Positions 26,530 through 40,340 of a DNA stretch of 64,000 bases are shown in pieces. The translations under genes and the position numbers were made by a program. The notes beneath the pieces are model-generated. The model searched no databases and was not told the origin of the DNA. It saw only the letters and a program-made list of their open reading frames with translations. The DNA comes from Camelus dromedarius (Eukaryota). The number at the start of each line of letters is the position of its first letter. The first letter of the stretch is position 1. The stretch is taken from assembly GCF_036321535.1 (NCBI RefSeq), contig NC_087436.1, positions 109,432,001 to 109,496,000 of the forward strand, given 5' to 3'.

Positions 26530-29254
26530 TATGGATTTATTTGACAGCAAAAAGTAAAGACTAGATCTGGTCTAATTTTGGCTTGAAGTGAAATATGAAA
26601 TGACCTTGCCGCTATGAAAGCACAGGTGTATCATAAACCATAAATTTAAATTCCTTAGCTTTTAATTAAAAATTAAAATTCCTGATTCTTCTAATTTTTT
26701 TTTTATAAATGCTGATGGACAGGACATTCAAGGATTGCATATATGTACTTAAATCATTTTCCCAGCATTTTCATTTTGCTTTCATTCAAAGACAAATGTT
26801 CTGGAATAAGAGCATTCATAAAGAGGTTTGTTCTAAACATTTAAACAACTTGGAAGGGGTTGAAAAATCTTAAGAGACTGCCACTGCAGCAATTTCTGGG
26901 CAGCCCTTTGAAGACCATAAACATGTACTGCTATTTCCCACATAACCCAAAGGCTAGTATTTACCATCAGTTAACAAGAAAAGACCCCAAACCACATATT
27001 ATATTTTATAACTTTTCAATGTTCACTATAAATGAGAAGCAGAGTCCTATTTCATGCAAGATTGGTGTGTGCCCAAGCTCAACCCTTGCCAGCTTTTGAA
27101 GGCTAGATTGGCTGGTGCACAAATCTGCCTTCTGCTTTCTTTTCTGTTAAATGAAAAATTAAATGAATAGGTGCAATTGTAAATGCTGTCAACAGTATTT
27201 GCACTGTATTTTTAAGATACAGTAGCACTGTCATTTGAGTGATTTATCTTCTAATTATTTGTCAAAATGATGTGATTAAATATCACGCTCCATCATGGGT
27301 TTCATGTAAATAGCCTAATTAGCCCCACTCTGGCTCCAAAGGGCACCTTCACGGAGCTTCTGGGTTCTGAGAGACAACTCTCTCCCTTTGCCTCTTAATA
27401 GAAAGGCTACTTCTTTTTCTTGTATCCTGTGGGAGATTTATGGGCTTAACTTCCAGCCCATAGGGTAGAAGATCAGGCTACATGCCTTCATTTATTCCTG
27501 AAAGCTATTGCACATTCTCTTCTCTAACTGCCTTGACCTTCAGGATGCCATAGGTGGAGCCACATAACTCTGCATTAACATTTGGAAATGGCTTTTTACC
27601 TTTGGGGTCATTTTATGGTGTCGTTTCAGTGAGTTATTCATTTGGAATATTACTTAGCTGCATGGATAAAATATTCTTTCTGCACTGTTACAAAGTAATT
27701 ATTTTGCTTTAGTATAATGAATGCGTTTAAGTTTGCATAAAGTTTCTACTCAGTTCAGTTTTTTTTTTTTTTTTTTTTTGTCTTTCCTGCTGTAGGGACA
27801 GGGTAGTGATGGTAGAGAACTGACTTGGTCCAGTTCCATGAAAAAGATCCATGTAATCCATGGCCCTAAACATTTCAAGGAATTTGGAAATCCACAGGGT
27901 AGGTCTGTAGAATCAAACAAGTAAGTGTCATGAAGAATTACTAGGGGGGCTTTATATGCTGTATCAGATTAAATTCTTTAAACTTATGAAATACACATTC
28001 TCCCTTTAGCTTGTAAACTCATTTGAAATCACTTGTTAATCTGCAACATATTCCTTTTACATGTTTGTTTCTTTAAAACAAATCAAAAAGACCAAAATTT
28101 AGCAAGCTATAAAAGGAAATACAGACATCAGCCCCACCTTGTGGAATTTTTCCCCCTCCTCCCACCACCACTGCATGAATCATTCAATTCAAAGCAAAGT
28201 CAGAGGTTCTTATTACTTGTAACTTTTATTTTAGGGTGGGCCAAGTCTCTCAGACACGCTTAAAGCTGTAAAATAAAGCTTACTGAAAGACAGAGTTAAC
28301 TATTCCATTTGTTTGAATAATTTAGGTACTTTTATTCTGAGTTTGTTTTAGTCTAAATCGCCTCCAGCTAAAATTTGGCTTATCTCTCTGCACAAGGCCA
28401 AATTATCAAAGCCCAAATCCCAAGAATTTTATAAGTTTTTATTATCATCATTATCTTTTCTAAGTCAACCAGAGGAGGGAAGGTCTCAGCGAAAAGTTCC
28501 CTTAGTAATGCAAATGTTAAATTCCCCCGACTTGAGCAGAGCAGAGTCAGCAAAACAATAAAAAAGGAAAACATCGGTGAAAGCTTCGGGCTTCATCACC
28601 CTTTGGAGGGTTTTGAAAGGCAGCAGGACTGATTCCAGTTCAGCAAGAATTTGTTTATTTTGCTTATCTCTGGACAGAACTAACAGCCTTAATGGTTTTG
28701 AAGAGCCTTAACTGGTTCTGGGTTGATGTGGCCATTTGCAGATTAATGTGCCTATTTGCAAATGATCATATTTCCACATATCACTTGTAACATATACACT
28801 GTAGGTTGTTACAAGATTTGCAGTGTAGTGAAGTAAATACCATCCACTTTTAGATCCTCAGAGCGTATTGTCAGAGCATCACGCAAACGTATGGGAAAGC
28901 CTTTTCAAGTTTTGCTGCTCTTCGACAGACGTCTTTGCGTCCCCGTGGGCAGCACAGGCAAAAACCACACACAAATTTAAATGAACCATAATTCCATATT
29001 TTGATGGTATTCTCTTCAATTTGAAATTTCACAAAGTTTAAAGTAATGAATATAAAGAAATGGAAAATACAGTGAAATTCGGTGCTGAGAAAACAGTGAA
29101 TGATCTGGAACGTTTTGTTTATATATCATGAAACATACATAATTAATGCCTTGGAGTGAAGAATCCAGTAATTATTTTGGGCTTGGATCCTGCTACTCTA
29201 AAACAACTTGTGATTCTGCCCTCAATGCAAAGATTCTGTAAGTAATACTGCAGA

Positions 29255-29570
29255 CAAGTGATTCAAAATCGTGGCTACTCAGGAGATTTTCCCAGCGAGC
29301 ATTTAAAAGTCTGCTGGTGCCTGAGCCCCAGTAGATACACATGAAATTGAATATCTGGGCCCCAGAATTTGGTTTTAAAAGAGGCTTAGGTAATTCTAAT
29401 GTTCCTTCAGAATTAAGAATCAAAATTATAGAGCAGTGGTGCTCATACATTGTCTTATTTGAAAGACTTGTTAACATGCAAACTCCTGGGCCTCAACCCT
29501 AGAGTCTTCAATTCCCTACGTCTTTGATGGGGCTTGAACATTTATATATAGTACCTAGGTAATCACGTGT
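29255..29570. mobile_element. Two adjacent MER5-type MITE fragments
   Basis: agtgattcaaaatcgtggc...ggtaattctaatgttcc...; cagtggtgctcatac...catgcaaactcctgggcctcaaccctagag. Confidence 0.55.
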
Positions 29571-29789
29571 ATTTTTGGTTGACTGGAGAAAAACCCAAAT
29601 TCCCCCTGCCACCCACCAAAAAAAAATAGTGTAGCAGGATATTAAAAAGAAAGATTCTGCTGTAATCTCAAAAGTAACGCTGGTCAAAGAGACTTGAAAA
29701 ACATGGTTATGAAACAGATACGTAACTCTTTAATCCTTCCCCACATTGACAGTAAAAAGGCTGAAGGAGATTTCTTTAATATTTCTTTG

Positions 29790-30793
29790 GAGACAGCTAT
29801 GCTGCTATAAGACTTCATCCTCACCTCCAAGGACAGTTGGAAGTACCTGTTCTCCTGGGAGTAAACCTCCTGGTTTGCCTGGACTGAAGAGATTCCCAGG
29901 ACGAGGGCGCTTTGTTCCTAAAACCTGAGCAGCCCTAGGACAACTGGGCTTGTTGGTCGCCCTCCCTCTGTGCCCTCCTGTCACACCTAATGAAAGCACT
30001 TGGCGAGCTGAAGACATTTCTGTAGGTGAGGCCACAGAGGTCTTGTGCAAGGCTCCAGCCTGCAGAGCTGCTGATGGGCAAGCCACAGGGGAGGTGATGG
30101 ATTTGGGATCAGCTTGTACTCCCAGAGTTATGGGTAAGCACGCAGTAGGGTTCCTTGTGGGCTAGATGTGAGCACATGTGAGAGGGCCCTGGGAGTCATG
30201 TTAGGTCTTGACCAATGGAACTTCCTGGATGGGTGAACGGCGTGCAGGAGGAAGAGGAGTAGGGACAGCTGGATCCAACGTCAATGGCAGGAGTTGATAA
30301 TGAACTCTGGGAAGGTAAATTACTAGGATTCAAGAACTGAAGGTAAGAGTCCAACTGATGGAGAGGAGGAGGAGCTATGAATTACCAGTGAAAACTCCCA
30401 CAAGAGAGAGAGCTTTAAGCATCAGCCGTGCCCACAGAGCGCAAAGGTTTCTCACTGTTTCAAGAAGACCACAGCCCTCGTCCATGCCTTCCAGCCTGCA
30501 GAAAGGCCTGGCTGCAGGAGGGGAGAATGTGCAACTTTAACTCAAATATGGGTCTTGGTTATTATATAGAACTGGACGTTTTACATTACTGAACAGAAAA
30601 TGCATTTGTCCCTGTAAAGTAAATCTGTTATTATTTAAGAATGATCACAAAGCCATGAGATAACCATAACTGTCTTCCAGAAACAGGAAGAGCTTTCCCC
30701 ATTTGACTCAATTTTAAGGTATGGGGGTGGGGAACAAAACTTGCTTTACAATGTTACTCCATGAGTTCTGCTTATATAACACATTGGTTGTAC
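29790..30793 (+). mobile_element. Ancient LTR (LTR78/LTR79-like)
   Basis: gaactggacgttttacattactgaac...gaatgatcacaaagccatgag...ttgctttacaatgttactccatgagttctgc...tgtaca. Confidence 0.5.
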
Positions 30794-32183
30794 AAACATA
30801 CATTTGTAAAGAGGATGTTATGACTCACTAAATGGGAAGTTAGCATTAGTTTTAGCTAGGTCAGGGAGGATAAAAAGTGGCATCAGTGATTTCCAACTCT
30901 TGGCTCTTTTTTCCTTCTCTGATGGTGGAATTCTCAGGCCTGCTACTCCCACCTAATTCCAAGATGTTCAGAAGTTTTCGTTTCAAGTCATGTTTGTGAA
31001 TCAATTCCAGAATAATTCTCAGAGGTCACTGATTGGCCTAACTTATTTTTTCTTATACCAAATATTATTAAACAAATTCAGTGCTTTCAGTGGACAGGCC
31101 TGAGCCCCTTAAATTGGGGGAAGGATTTGATCAGACTTAAATGAGTCATAAGAGAAAGGGGATTTTTTTTAACAGGAGAAGAGTGGAGAAGTAAAAGTTA
31201 CTAAACAGGTGAAAAAAAAATAGTCAATGCAGCTTACAGTATGTCAGTACTTAGCAATTATTCAATAAAATCATTGGATGAATAAATTAGTCATTTACAA
31301 GTATTTCTTCTTTCCTTTTTTGCAGTGAATTGTTCCTAGATCTCTTTTACGAGTAAGTATGATAAGGATTATCAGGTTGAGCCTCAGGCTTGTAATTTCT
31401 TATATCATAAAATCTTTTCAACCATTAGTATATAAGATTAAGCAGCAGAAGCTTCTCAAGGATGTGTTATAATTTGCTTTACCTCTGCAGCACTTTGATT
31501 ACATTTTTTCATATGTGATTTAATGTTACATTGCTATTAAAAACAATATTAGATATGTTTTTTAAAATTGTCATTAAAGGCAGAATTTTTGAGACCTTCA
31601 GATCTAGGAAGGGAACGAGAGGGAAGATAAAAGGAAACTTCATAGATTATAGTCCTTTGTGTAAAAGTGTGACATTACTGAGCCTCCGTTAATAATGGAA
31701 TGTACTGTTGAGAAGCAACTGTAAAGAGTTTGGGTAAGAAACAGTTGTGGCCACTGGAATTCTTTCAAAACATGTTGATGAATTTTTCTCAATAGTTAAA
31801 ACTTCCCTTGTGAAGTAGCTGGTTACTCTCTAATGGCCAGATTAGAGCTTGGACACCACTTTGTGCTACTGGTAGACAATCATGGCCAAGCTCTTAAACA
31901 GCCATTCCAAAAACTGGATTATTGTTGTAGCTAAAATTTTGACGAACACTTGAACTCGTCTTCTAACTGGGACATTCAGGTGAGAAGAATGATCCTTAAC
32001 TGTAAACGGAGTAAACATTTATTTTGTGCTTGGAAGTGTATGTATGCATGAGTCTTTTTTTTTTTTTTTTTTTTGAATTCTGGGCAGGGGCTTGGGTTGG
32101 CTGAGGTGACTGATGAATAGAATGATGGTTAAAAAGCCAGGACTGATACTGAGAAGGATTGTTTCACCTTCGATCTTACTTTC

Positions 32184-32552
32184 AGTGTTAGTTTGCTGGG
32201 GTTGCTATAACAAGATACCATAGACTGGCTGACTTAACAGGAATTTATTTCCTCATGATTCCCGAGGCTAGAAGACTAAGGTGTTGGCAGGTTTGGTTTC
32301 TTCTGAGGCCTCTCTCCTTAGCTTGCAGGTGGCTTCCTTCCTGTGTCCTCAGATGGTTGTTCCTGTCTCTGTTGTCTGTATCCTAATCTCTTCTTTTTAT
32401 ACTTCTTTTTATAAGGACACCAGTCAGATTAGATTAGAGCCCACGTGTATGACCTCATTTTACCTTAATCACCTCTTCAAAAGTCCTATCTCCAAAAGTC
32501 ACATTCTGAGGTCCACATATGAATCTTGGGGGAAGAAATTCAGCCCATAATG
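32184..32552 (-). mobile_element. MLT1A-type MaLR solo LTR with a 5-bp TSD (ctttc)
   Basis: ttagtttgctggggttgctataacaagataccatagactgg...aattcagcccataa; ctttc at 32179-32183 and 32553-32557. Confidence 0.9.
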
Positions 32553-35500
32553 CTTTCTAATTTACCATGAATATAGCTCTCATAGGTTATAGAAAAAAAC
32601 TACTTGTTCCTGCTCCAGAGACGCCCTTTGGTGAATTAGTATCCGCCTTCTGCTGATGAGAAAACTTGAACTTTAGAAGTTGCAAGTCTTGTTTAAAGTC
32701 CCTGGATGAACCAGGAGCTTAACTTGCATTAGAATTCAAGGTTTTCTGTAAGTGTTCCTCCTACTCCATCACTACGCCATTTTTTAACTCTTTATTCCAA
32801 CTGAAGATTTATTTTTAACTGAATTATAGTACAACATTGAAGTGAAAAATAAGAAAGGGAAAAGAGTTTAGTAAGACGGAATAAACGCTGCCACATGGCA
32901 GGTCATCTGAGGTAAGAATGGTGCAGAAAATCTATGGGGGTGGGCGCAGAAAAGAGAGCCCTGACAAAGAGGGGAGCTGCCTTTCCACAGGACTGAGTGC
33001 ACAGGGGCCTCTCTGACCAAGTTAACAGTTGACTATTGATTTTATAAGACTTTGACATTTAGTCAATAGTTTGAATGTGGTTAATTTTCCCACATTCAAC
33101 TCCCCAGGCCAAAAAAAGAAAAAAAAACGTCCAATTCAAAAACTCGCTCACGTCCCAGACCATTACATTAAGTGATGTTGTGCCCTTGTGATCAGCACCA
33201 CCTTTTTGGCCCGGTGCATTTAACAATACTGACCACAAAAATAAACATGGGAGAGCAGAGAGGTCCCCATCTGCACAGTTTACACATGTGCTGCTATATT
33301 ATTTATAGCAAACACATTAGAGGGCCCCGATTAATTTAACAAATTCTCTATGTCCACTTGCTAAATAAAAGTGTGATATCTTGAAAAGGGCAGAGATTCA
33401 GATTGACCAGGCACTGCAGGGGACAGAAAGCGGAAACCGTCTCTGGTTGGGGCTGTCAGGAAGAACTTTCTCCTGAGTTTCTCAAATTAAAATTCCTGCA
33501 GTTTGGGATCAAATATGAAAGCAGATGAGTCAAATGAGAGCAGATTCCTTTTCTGCTGACACCTTTTTTGTTCTCATTGCTGTTCTCTGAGGGGATGAAC
33601 TGACCACAGACACAGGAGAGATTTTAATAGTCTCTCTTTAACTCATCTTTAGCTTTTGCAAATATAACCCCTTTATAAGGTGGGATGAAGTCTGGCTTTT
33701 AACAAAATAAAGAATAGTAGCATAAAGCAGGAAGATGGTGAGAAATTAAGGTATAAATTCTGAACCAGGTCAAGGGATAGATAACAGATTGCGAAGTTAG
33801 GCATTAAATTTTACAGCTTCCAAGCTGGCCTCCAGAAGGGACATCCATAGCAGGTCATGATGAAGCTGAGGCCCAAAAGGAACAATGTTCCTCGCTGCAA
33901 TCAGAGAGAGAGAGGAGAGTAATTATGTGCACATGTTTGTGCTTTATAACGTTCTGATACTAATCAGTGTGTATATCTATATATGTAAATATCAGATCAA
34001 TGAAAACCCCTCCACGTGTGTGCATTTAGCTTCATGCACCCCTTTAGTTAGATTTATAGATAAATATACACAGAGAAGCTAATTGAATATGAATGAGAAT
34101 CTAGGTTAAAGTAACAAGGATCAAAAACCGGCTGCCACAGGTCTGGGACGCAAGCTCTCATGCTTACAAGTTGCAGGATTTTTCTCACTATATTAATGAA
34201 ATTGGGAGTTGGTCCAAAGCATAAACAATAGAGGACTGAATTACTGCAACATGATCTAATAGGAGATATTCAGAAGGCCACCCTGAAGCTCTCCTAGGTC
34301 CCTTAGGAGCTGCCCAAAGTCCCAAATGGCTCCTGTGGGCAGGGGGAGCCTCCCTGGCTACCATCTGATTCTTCAGGATGATGTGAGGTTTGAAATCTAG
34401 CACCAGAGAACCCACTTTAGGTAAATGCGCTGAAATAGGTCTCCAGGAGAACAAAGAGAGCAGAGTAAATGAACTCACGTCTTGTCTAATGAATCCTTGT
34501 ACTATGTCCTCCTTCCCTGAGAAAACAGCTTTGTGATCTGATGTCTAAATTTCTTTGTTTCCGGCATGAAAGTCTTTTCTTCCCACCCCCCCCACCTTCC
34601 CCCACCGCCACTCTCATACACATTTTCTCACTGATCAAATTCCTAAATGAGAATAGAAGACAGAACACTCTCAGAAAGAGATCTTTCTCCCCAGCCATTC
34701 CTACATTAGAACCACATGAAATAACATTCGTGCACACAAGATGAAGACCATTTAGCAGGTTTTCGGATAGCTGAGCTCGTTTACTGACTGGTTGGGATGA
34801 TTTAGTGATACCATTGCACCTCGAGTGCAGCTTCTCCGAGCTTATTTCATATGGTTGAGCTCATTAGTTTTGTCAGTTACTTTGGAAGTATGTGCACAAA
34901 ACCTGTTTTATATTGTGGGTAGGCCTCAGGAAATATTCCTTCGCGACTCTTATTTGAAACACGATTTTGAAAATTTAACACAAAATGTGTGCCATATCTG
35001 TTTAACATGATCATGACTGGACTGAAAACACAGACACATTTTTTTTTTTTGTAAGTGCGTTCTTTTCTATAGCTCAATGTAAATGACACAGTAAAAATGG
35101 TTTCTATACTTCCTTCTCTGTCCTCCTCCCATTGTTCAAATGTCATCAGTAATTTAGCCAATGATTCAGAGGAAATATAAATTTTGTTGGTTTATAAAAT
35201 GAGGTTTTATTTTGGAATAAACTAACCAATAGAATTTTTTTTAATTTAACTCTTTTAAAAAAGATTTTTTTTTTGTTTTGCATAATCAGTAACATGATAA
35301 CTTAGTGACTTAAAAAATTTACTTGATACAAGCTATAAAAATTCCTTGGCGATATAGCTATTTAAAAATACGACTTACCTAGCTGCATATCTTCACCTTT
35401 TCAAGGACTTTATTCTCTCAACTTGAACTCTTGCTTTTAAAGAAGCAGAAGAATACTGAGGAAAGAACAAGGGCTTTGGAATTTCATGAAATAGCAGTTC

Positions 35501-35784
35501 TGAAGAACTGAAAAAAAAATTATTAAGCTGACTTAGCTGTAATTTCCTAATTGGAGATACCTTGAATTGTTTTTAAAGTTTAGAAATAATGTAGGTAAAA
35601 TGTCTGGCAAAGTACCTGGATCAGTATATGAACTTGTAGGTTCACAGTAAAGGGTAACATTTACTGATTATTTTTTTCCACCAAGTTTTCTTCATACCTT
35701 CTAGACATATGCTTATGGAAGATGTGTGTGTGCTGCTTTACATGAGAAGCTTTGCCAAATGTGATCATGTGTCTGTTCTTTATT

Positions 35785-36452
35785 TTTTAATTATATTGAG
35801 ATATCTTTGATATAAAATTGTATGTATTTAAGGTACACAACCTGGTGTTTTGAGATATGTATACATTGTGGAAGGATCACCATATCAAGCTAAATAACTT
35901 CTCTATCACCTTTACAGAGTTACCATTGTGTGTGTGTGTGAGCATGTGCGATAGAAAATTTAAGATCTATCCTCTTAAGAAATTTCACCTGCACTATACA
36001 GTGTTGTTAACTATCTTCACCATGCTGTACCCTAGATCCCCAGAACTTCTTTATCTTATAAATTAAAGTCTGTGGTCTTTGATCAACATCTCTCTAATTC
36101 CCATTCTTTGGAATCCACTAGTCTACTCTCAGTTTCCATGAATTCAACTTTTCTAGATTCCACATCTCAGTGAGACCATGCAGATGTATCTCTCTGTTTC
36201 TGGTTTATTTCACTTGGCAGAATGTCCTCCAGAGTTATCCATGTTATTGCAAATGGCAGTCTTTCTTTGTTAACCATGGCTGAATAATATTCCGTTGTGT
36301 GTTATATACCACCTTTGCTTTATCCATGCATCTGTGGGTAGACATCTGTTTCCATACTTCGGTGATTATGACAGTCGCTGGAATGACCATGGGAGTGCAG
36401 ATATCTCTCCCAGATTCAGATTTCAGTTCCTTTGGATTTATACCCAGAAGCA
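35785..36452 (-). mobile_element. L1 3' end (L1MA9-like)
   Basis: Antisense L1 3'UTR; ORF 36244-36453 gives LLGINPKELKS...DICTPMVI (ORF2p C-terminus). Confidence 0.9.
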
Positions 36453-38304
36453 CTGTTACTTGTTCTTGGTGCCTATTTGTTACCTCCTTTATGGGTGAAG
36501 AGGATGGAGGCCACTAGCTTAGCAAAATCTATTTGCAGAATGAGCTCCTATCCTCCTTCCATAGGGCTGCTGGCCCCATCCAGAGAACAGCAAAGTGCGA
36601 TTATAGGAAAGGCCATTGGAAGACAGAGGTAACCATTAGGTAGGAAGCAGCTTTAACTTTCTAAGTGATTAAAAAAAAAATCTAAATCACTTCCAAAGAA
36701 AAACAAAGAAAGGAAAAAAATGGTTCAAAAGATGTCAGTAATAATATTTAAACATTGATAAGGTTGACTGATGATTATTTTCTTCTTTTATACATGGCAC
36801 ATTTTGTGAGCACATCTAATGAGCATTTATTGACTCACATTCTCCATTCATTACCAGGATTTATTGAACCTAGAAATTAATATTGACTGGGGCAAAACAG
36901 CCACTGACTTCTCTTGCAGGTCAATAAATCTGGTGACGGAGGAACACCAAACCAGGAGTCAAGACATTTTTCTTCAGTGTTGCTTTTCCCTTTGCCCTAG
37001 GAAGAATGTCAGTGCAGCTGCCAGCTTCCAGTGGGCCTATCATGTTTTTAAAAAATTTAGTAGTGGGCCATTTAGAGTCTGTTTCCAATTTACATTGTGC
37101 ACTAATAGGGCCTGAATATAAAATTTCCTTCAGATGCATTAATATGTGTAGGTATAATGAAGCCAAAGCATTTTTATCACAGTTAAATTTCATAAATAAT
37201 GCCAGCAGAAAGAAAAGAAAAAGCCATCCATTTAATACATGTGACACTAACCTAGAAATTTTAAACAATTTAATTGTGCATTTCAAAAGGTGAAACTGGG
37301 ATCTAGGCGAGTCACTCCATCTGTATGAATTTCAGTTCTTTCTTCTGTAACATGAAATGTATCAATTTGTCTTTGAGATCTCTGTCAGCTCTGAGATCAA
37401 GAAACCATAAATGCTTTTCAAGAGCTAGAATTTGTATGTATGGATTGTTCTCTCAGTCTGAACCCCATGGAGAAACTATTTAAGATTTGGGAAGAAGAAG
37501 TAACAACAAAAGTAGGACCCATCATTATATTTACATGTTATTCTGAACCACTTGCTTTGTATAAAAATAGATATTGGGCAGCTTCTTGGTTTAAAGAATG
37601 AATGTAGCAGTGGTAAAAGGAGGGGATCTGAAGTTCAAAGATCTGGCTTTGAAACCTAGATCTGTCCTGAGTATGTGTGTGTGCATGTGTGCACATTCGT
37701 GTGCACATGTGTGTGTGTGAGTTAAACTGAAATCAGTTAGCACTTCTGTGTGTGAATCATTTCTCAAGTGCACAACACCTCGCAAAGTCACTGGTCTTTC
37801 ATTGACAGAGTTGACGATCACAGAAACCGAGTTGCCTGCCCAAAGTGAACCGTCGGGCTGTTGTGTGACTCCATGCCAGCCTGACTTCAAAGATTTTGCT
37901 CTGGAAGGTCACTCAGCTTCTCGGAACTCCTGCTCTTCCCACTGCAAAATGAATGACCCCATCTCAGGGAGAGAAGGCACTGGAAGACTACGTTTCCTGT
38001 AGAGAGTCCAACACACACATCAGTTGTGACTGGTGATGACAGTGCTGATCAGAGACCATCATTCAGAAATTATGAAGCTCTTCATGAGTAACACAGAACT
38101 TACAACTAGAAGCCAAGGTGGTCTTTGTAAAATGCTGACCCTCCGGCAGATATGTCAAGTATGTGTAATGTGCAGAGAAACAGGGATCCTTCGCCTCTTC
38201 CACCACTTAGTAGGGCCCCACTGCAGTCCCTCACCTGGATGCTCAGGCCTCTGTAGCTCCCAGATCACTTCAACATCTATCTTGGTGTACACTTATATCA
38301 GAAG

Positions 38305-38560
38305 GGAAGCAGCAGACCAGAGGGTTAGGGTTTGGGATTTGCATTCAGATATGGGTTTGAATCCCAACGCTGCTGCTTATCAGTTGTTAAATTTCAAGAA
38401 ATAACATTCTGCAGCATCCATCTTCTTCCCTGTAAAGTGAGGATAGTAAGAGGACTGCCTACATATGGTCCTTGAGAGAATACATTTATGTACACAGTGC
38501 CACGTGAGGCACCATGAGCATAGCTCTGCTTACCCAAGTTCCCAAGAAATGTTCATTACT
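38305..38560 (+). mobile_element. MIR
   Basis: cagatatgggtttgaatcccaacgctgctgcttatcag...ctgtaaagtgaggatag. Confidence 0.75.
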
Positions 38561-39289
38561 AGGATCAACAGCTTAAAGGTGTCTTGCAGTCATTTTAAGA
38601 AGGATCAGTAGCCATCACAGGTAGTCAAATTCAAGGGTAAAGGCAGAGCTTAATTAGGTTGTATTAGAAACAGAAAGACCTCTCCTTCCCTGTGATCGTT
38701 CCTTGCAGACATTTACTGCCCTGCTTAGGGGCCATGCCTGCTCTGGCCCTGAGGAGTTCTCGTATGTACTAGAAAAAATAAAAAAGGTATCAGTATAAAT
38801 GAGAACTGAGTCCTCTACCTGGCCAAATCATTTTTATAAAACTTCTTATCTTGAGGTTGTTTCTATAACAAGAATGTTCCCTGTGATCCTGGCAATGCCA
38901 CGAGTCTGGGAAACCTTGCCTTTATGATAGACTGCTTACTGAAGCATCATGGCCAGGAAGACATGAGATACAGGAAATGAACAGTAGCCTGGGGTGTCTG
39001 GAGCTGGTCCTGCCTGTGGGAGTAAACTTGTAGGGCCAAAGATAAGGGATTTAAACAGCAAGAGCTTCACGTTCTGTATCTATGAATTGGGCAATGATGA
39101 ATATTTTCTAAGAGCATTTTTGAGAGTTGAATGGTATCATCTAATCATAGATCCATGTAGGAAGTGTATACAGGGCTTGCCTTCCTTCTCTCTTTCATCT
39201 CCCTTTTACCTCTTTTATTCCCTTTTTGCCTTTATCCCTCCCTCCCTTTCCTCCCTTTATTCATTCCTTCCCTGCCAACTCCCAGTGGT

Positions 39290-39520
39290 CCCCAGACTGT
39301 CACTTCCCCTGCTGTAACATCTCCAACGATGCTTACTTTCTATAGGGAAGCCATTATCACACGGTTATATACCTGCTTATTTCAGTGCCTGGCTTCTCCC
39401 AAGCATGACAAGTTTCACTAGGGCAAGGTTTCTGCTTCAGTTGTTAAATTGTATATCACCTTCACTCAGCACATTGCCTGACCCATGGTAGACACTCAGT
39501 TGCTATTTGTCATGCCAAGT
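39290..39520 (+). mobile_element. L2 3' end
   Basis: ctcagcacattgcctgacccatggtagacactcag. Confidence 0.6.
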
Positions 39521-39639
39521 TGTGAGGGACACTGGGAAGGGACTTGGGGAAAAAATATAAAAAAAGACCTAGTGACCAGTCTCCATGAGCTCACATTTGC
39601 TGACTGTGGTCATCAGTGACATCACTGAGAGTTTCTTTA

Positions 39640-40115
39640 CTCCATCATTCATTCCTTCTACAACCATTAATGAGCACCTACCATGTGATAGGCACCATCT
39701 AGGGACACAGACTCGGATACAGATACTCTCTTTGTGCTCAGTGACTTCTATTTTAGTAAGTAGAGACTGTGAACAAACAAATGAAGGAACAAGATGGCCC
39801 CAGACAATTGCTCTAGATGACATAATAGAAAGGTAGATTGGACAATGAAGGGCACAAAGGGGTTACTTCAGATCATGTGTTTTGGTAAAGCCCTTCTGAG
39901 AAGGTGATAACTGAACAGAGGAGAGGTGACAAGGTGTGGCCACATAGAAAGATAAAAGGGAAATGCATTCCTGGTAGAGGGGATGACACACAAGAGTCTC
40001 ATGTTTGGAGGAAGCTTGTGTTGGATGAGGAAAAGAGAATGAAGCCTGTGTTTCTGGGGTGTGGTATTGGGGGTAAGCAGTAGAGGTGAGGTCCAACAGT
40101 CACGCAAAAGCCTTG
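39640..40115 (-). mobile_element. L2 3' region
   Basis: cattcattccttctacaaccattaatgagcacctaccatgtgataggcacc. Confidence 0.7.
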
Positions 40116-40258
40116 CAAGTCAGAGTCCATCTCCTCATCTAGTCTCTGCTAGGGTGTCTCTACTCAGGGAAGCTTCTGGGAACGGGTTCTACAAGCAGCC
40201 AGCTCAATATTTACACTCAGCGTGGGCCGAAGAAAAACAAGTGGATGGGACCTTTGGA

Positions 40259-40340
40259 AAACCAACCAATCAACCAACCAACCAACAAACCCACTCCACT
40301 AAACAAACAAACAAACAAACAAACAAACAAACAAACAAAT
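40259..40340. repeat. Compound (AACC)n/(AAAC)n tetranucleotide repeat
   Basis: Seen directly. Confidence 0.9.
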
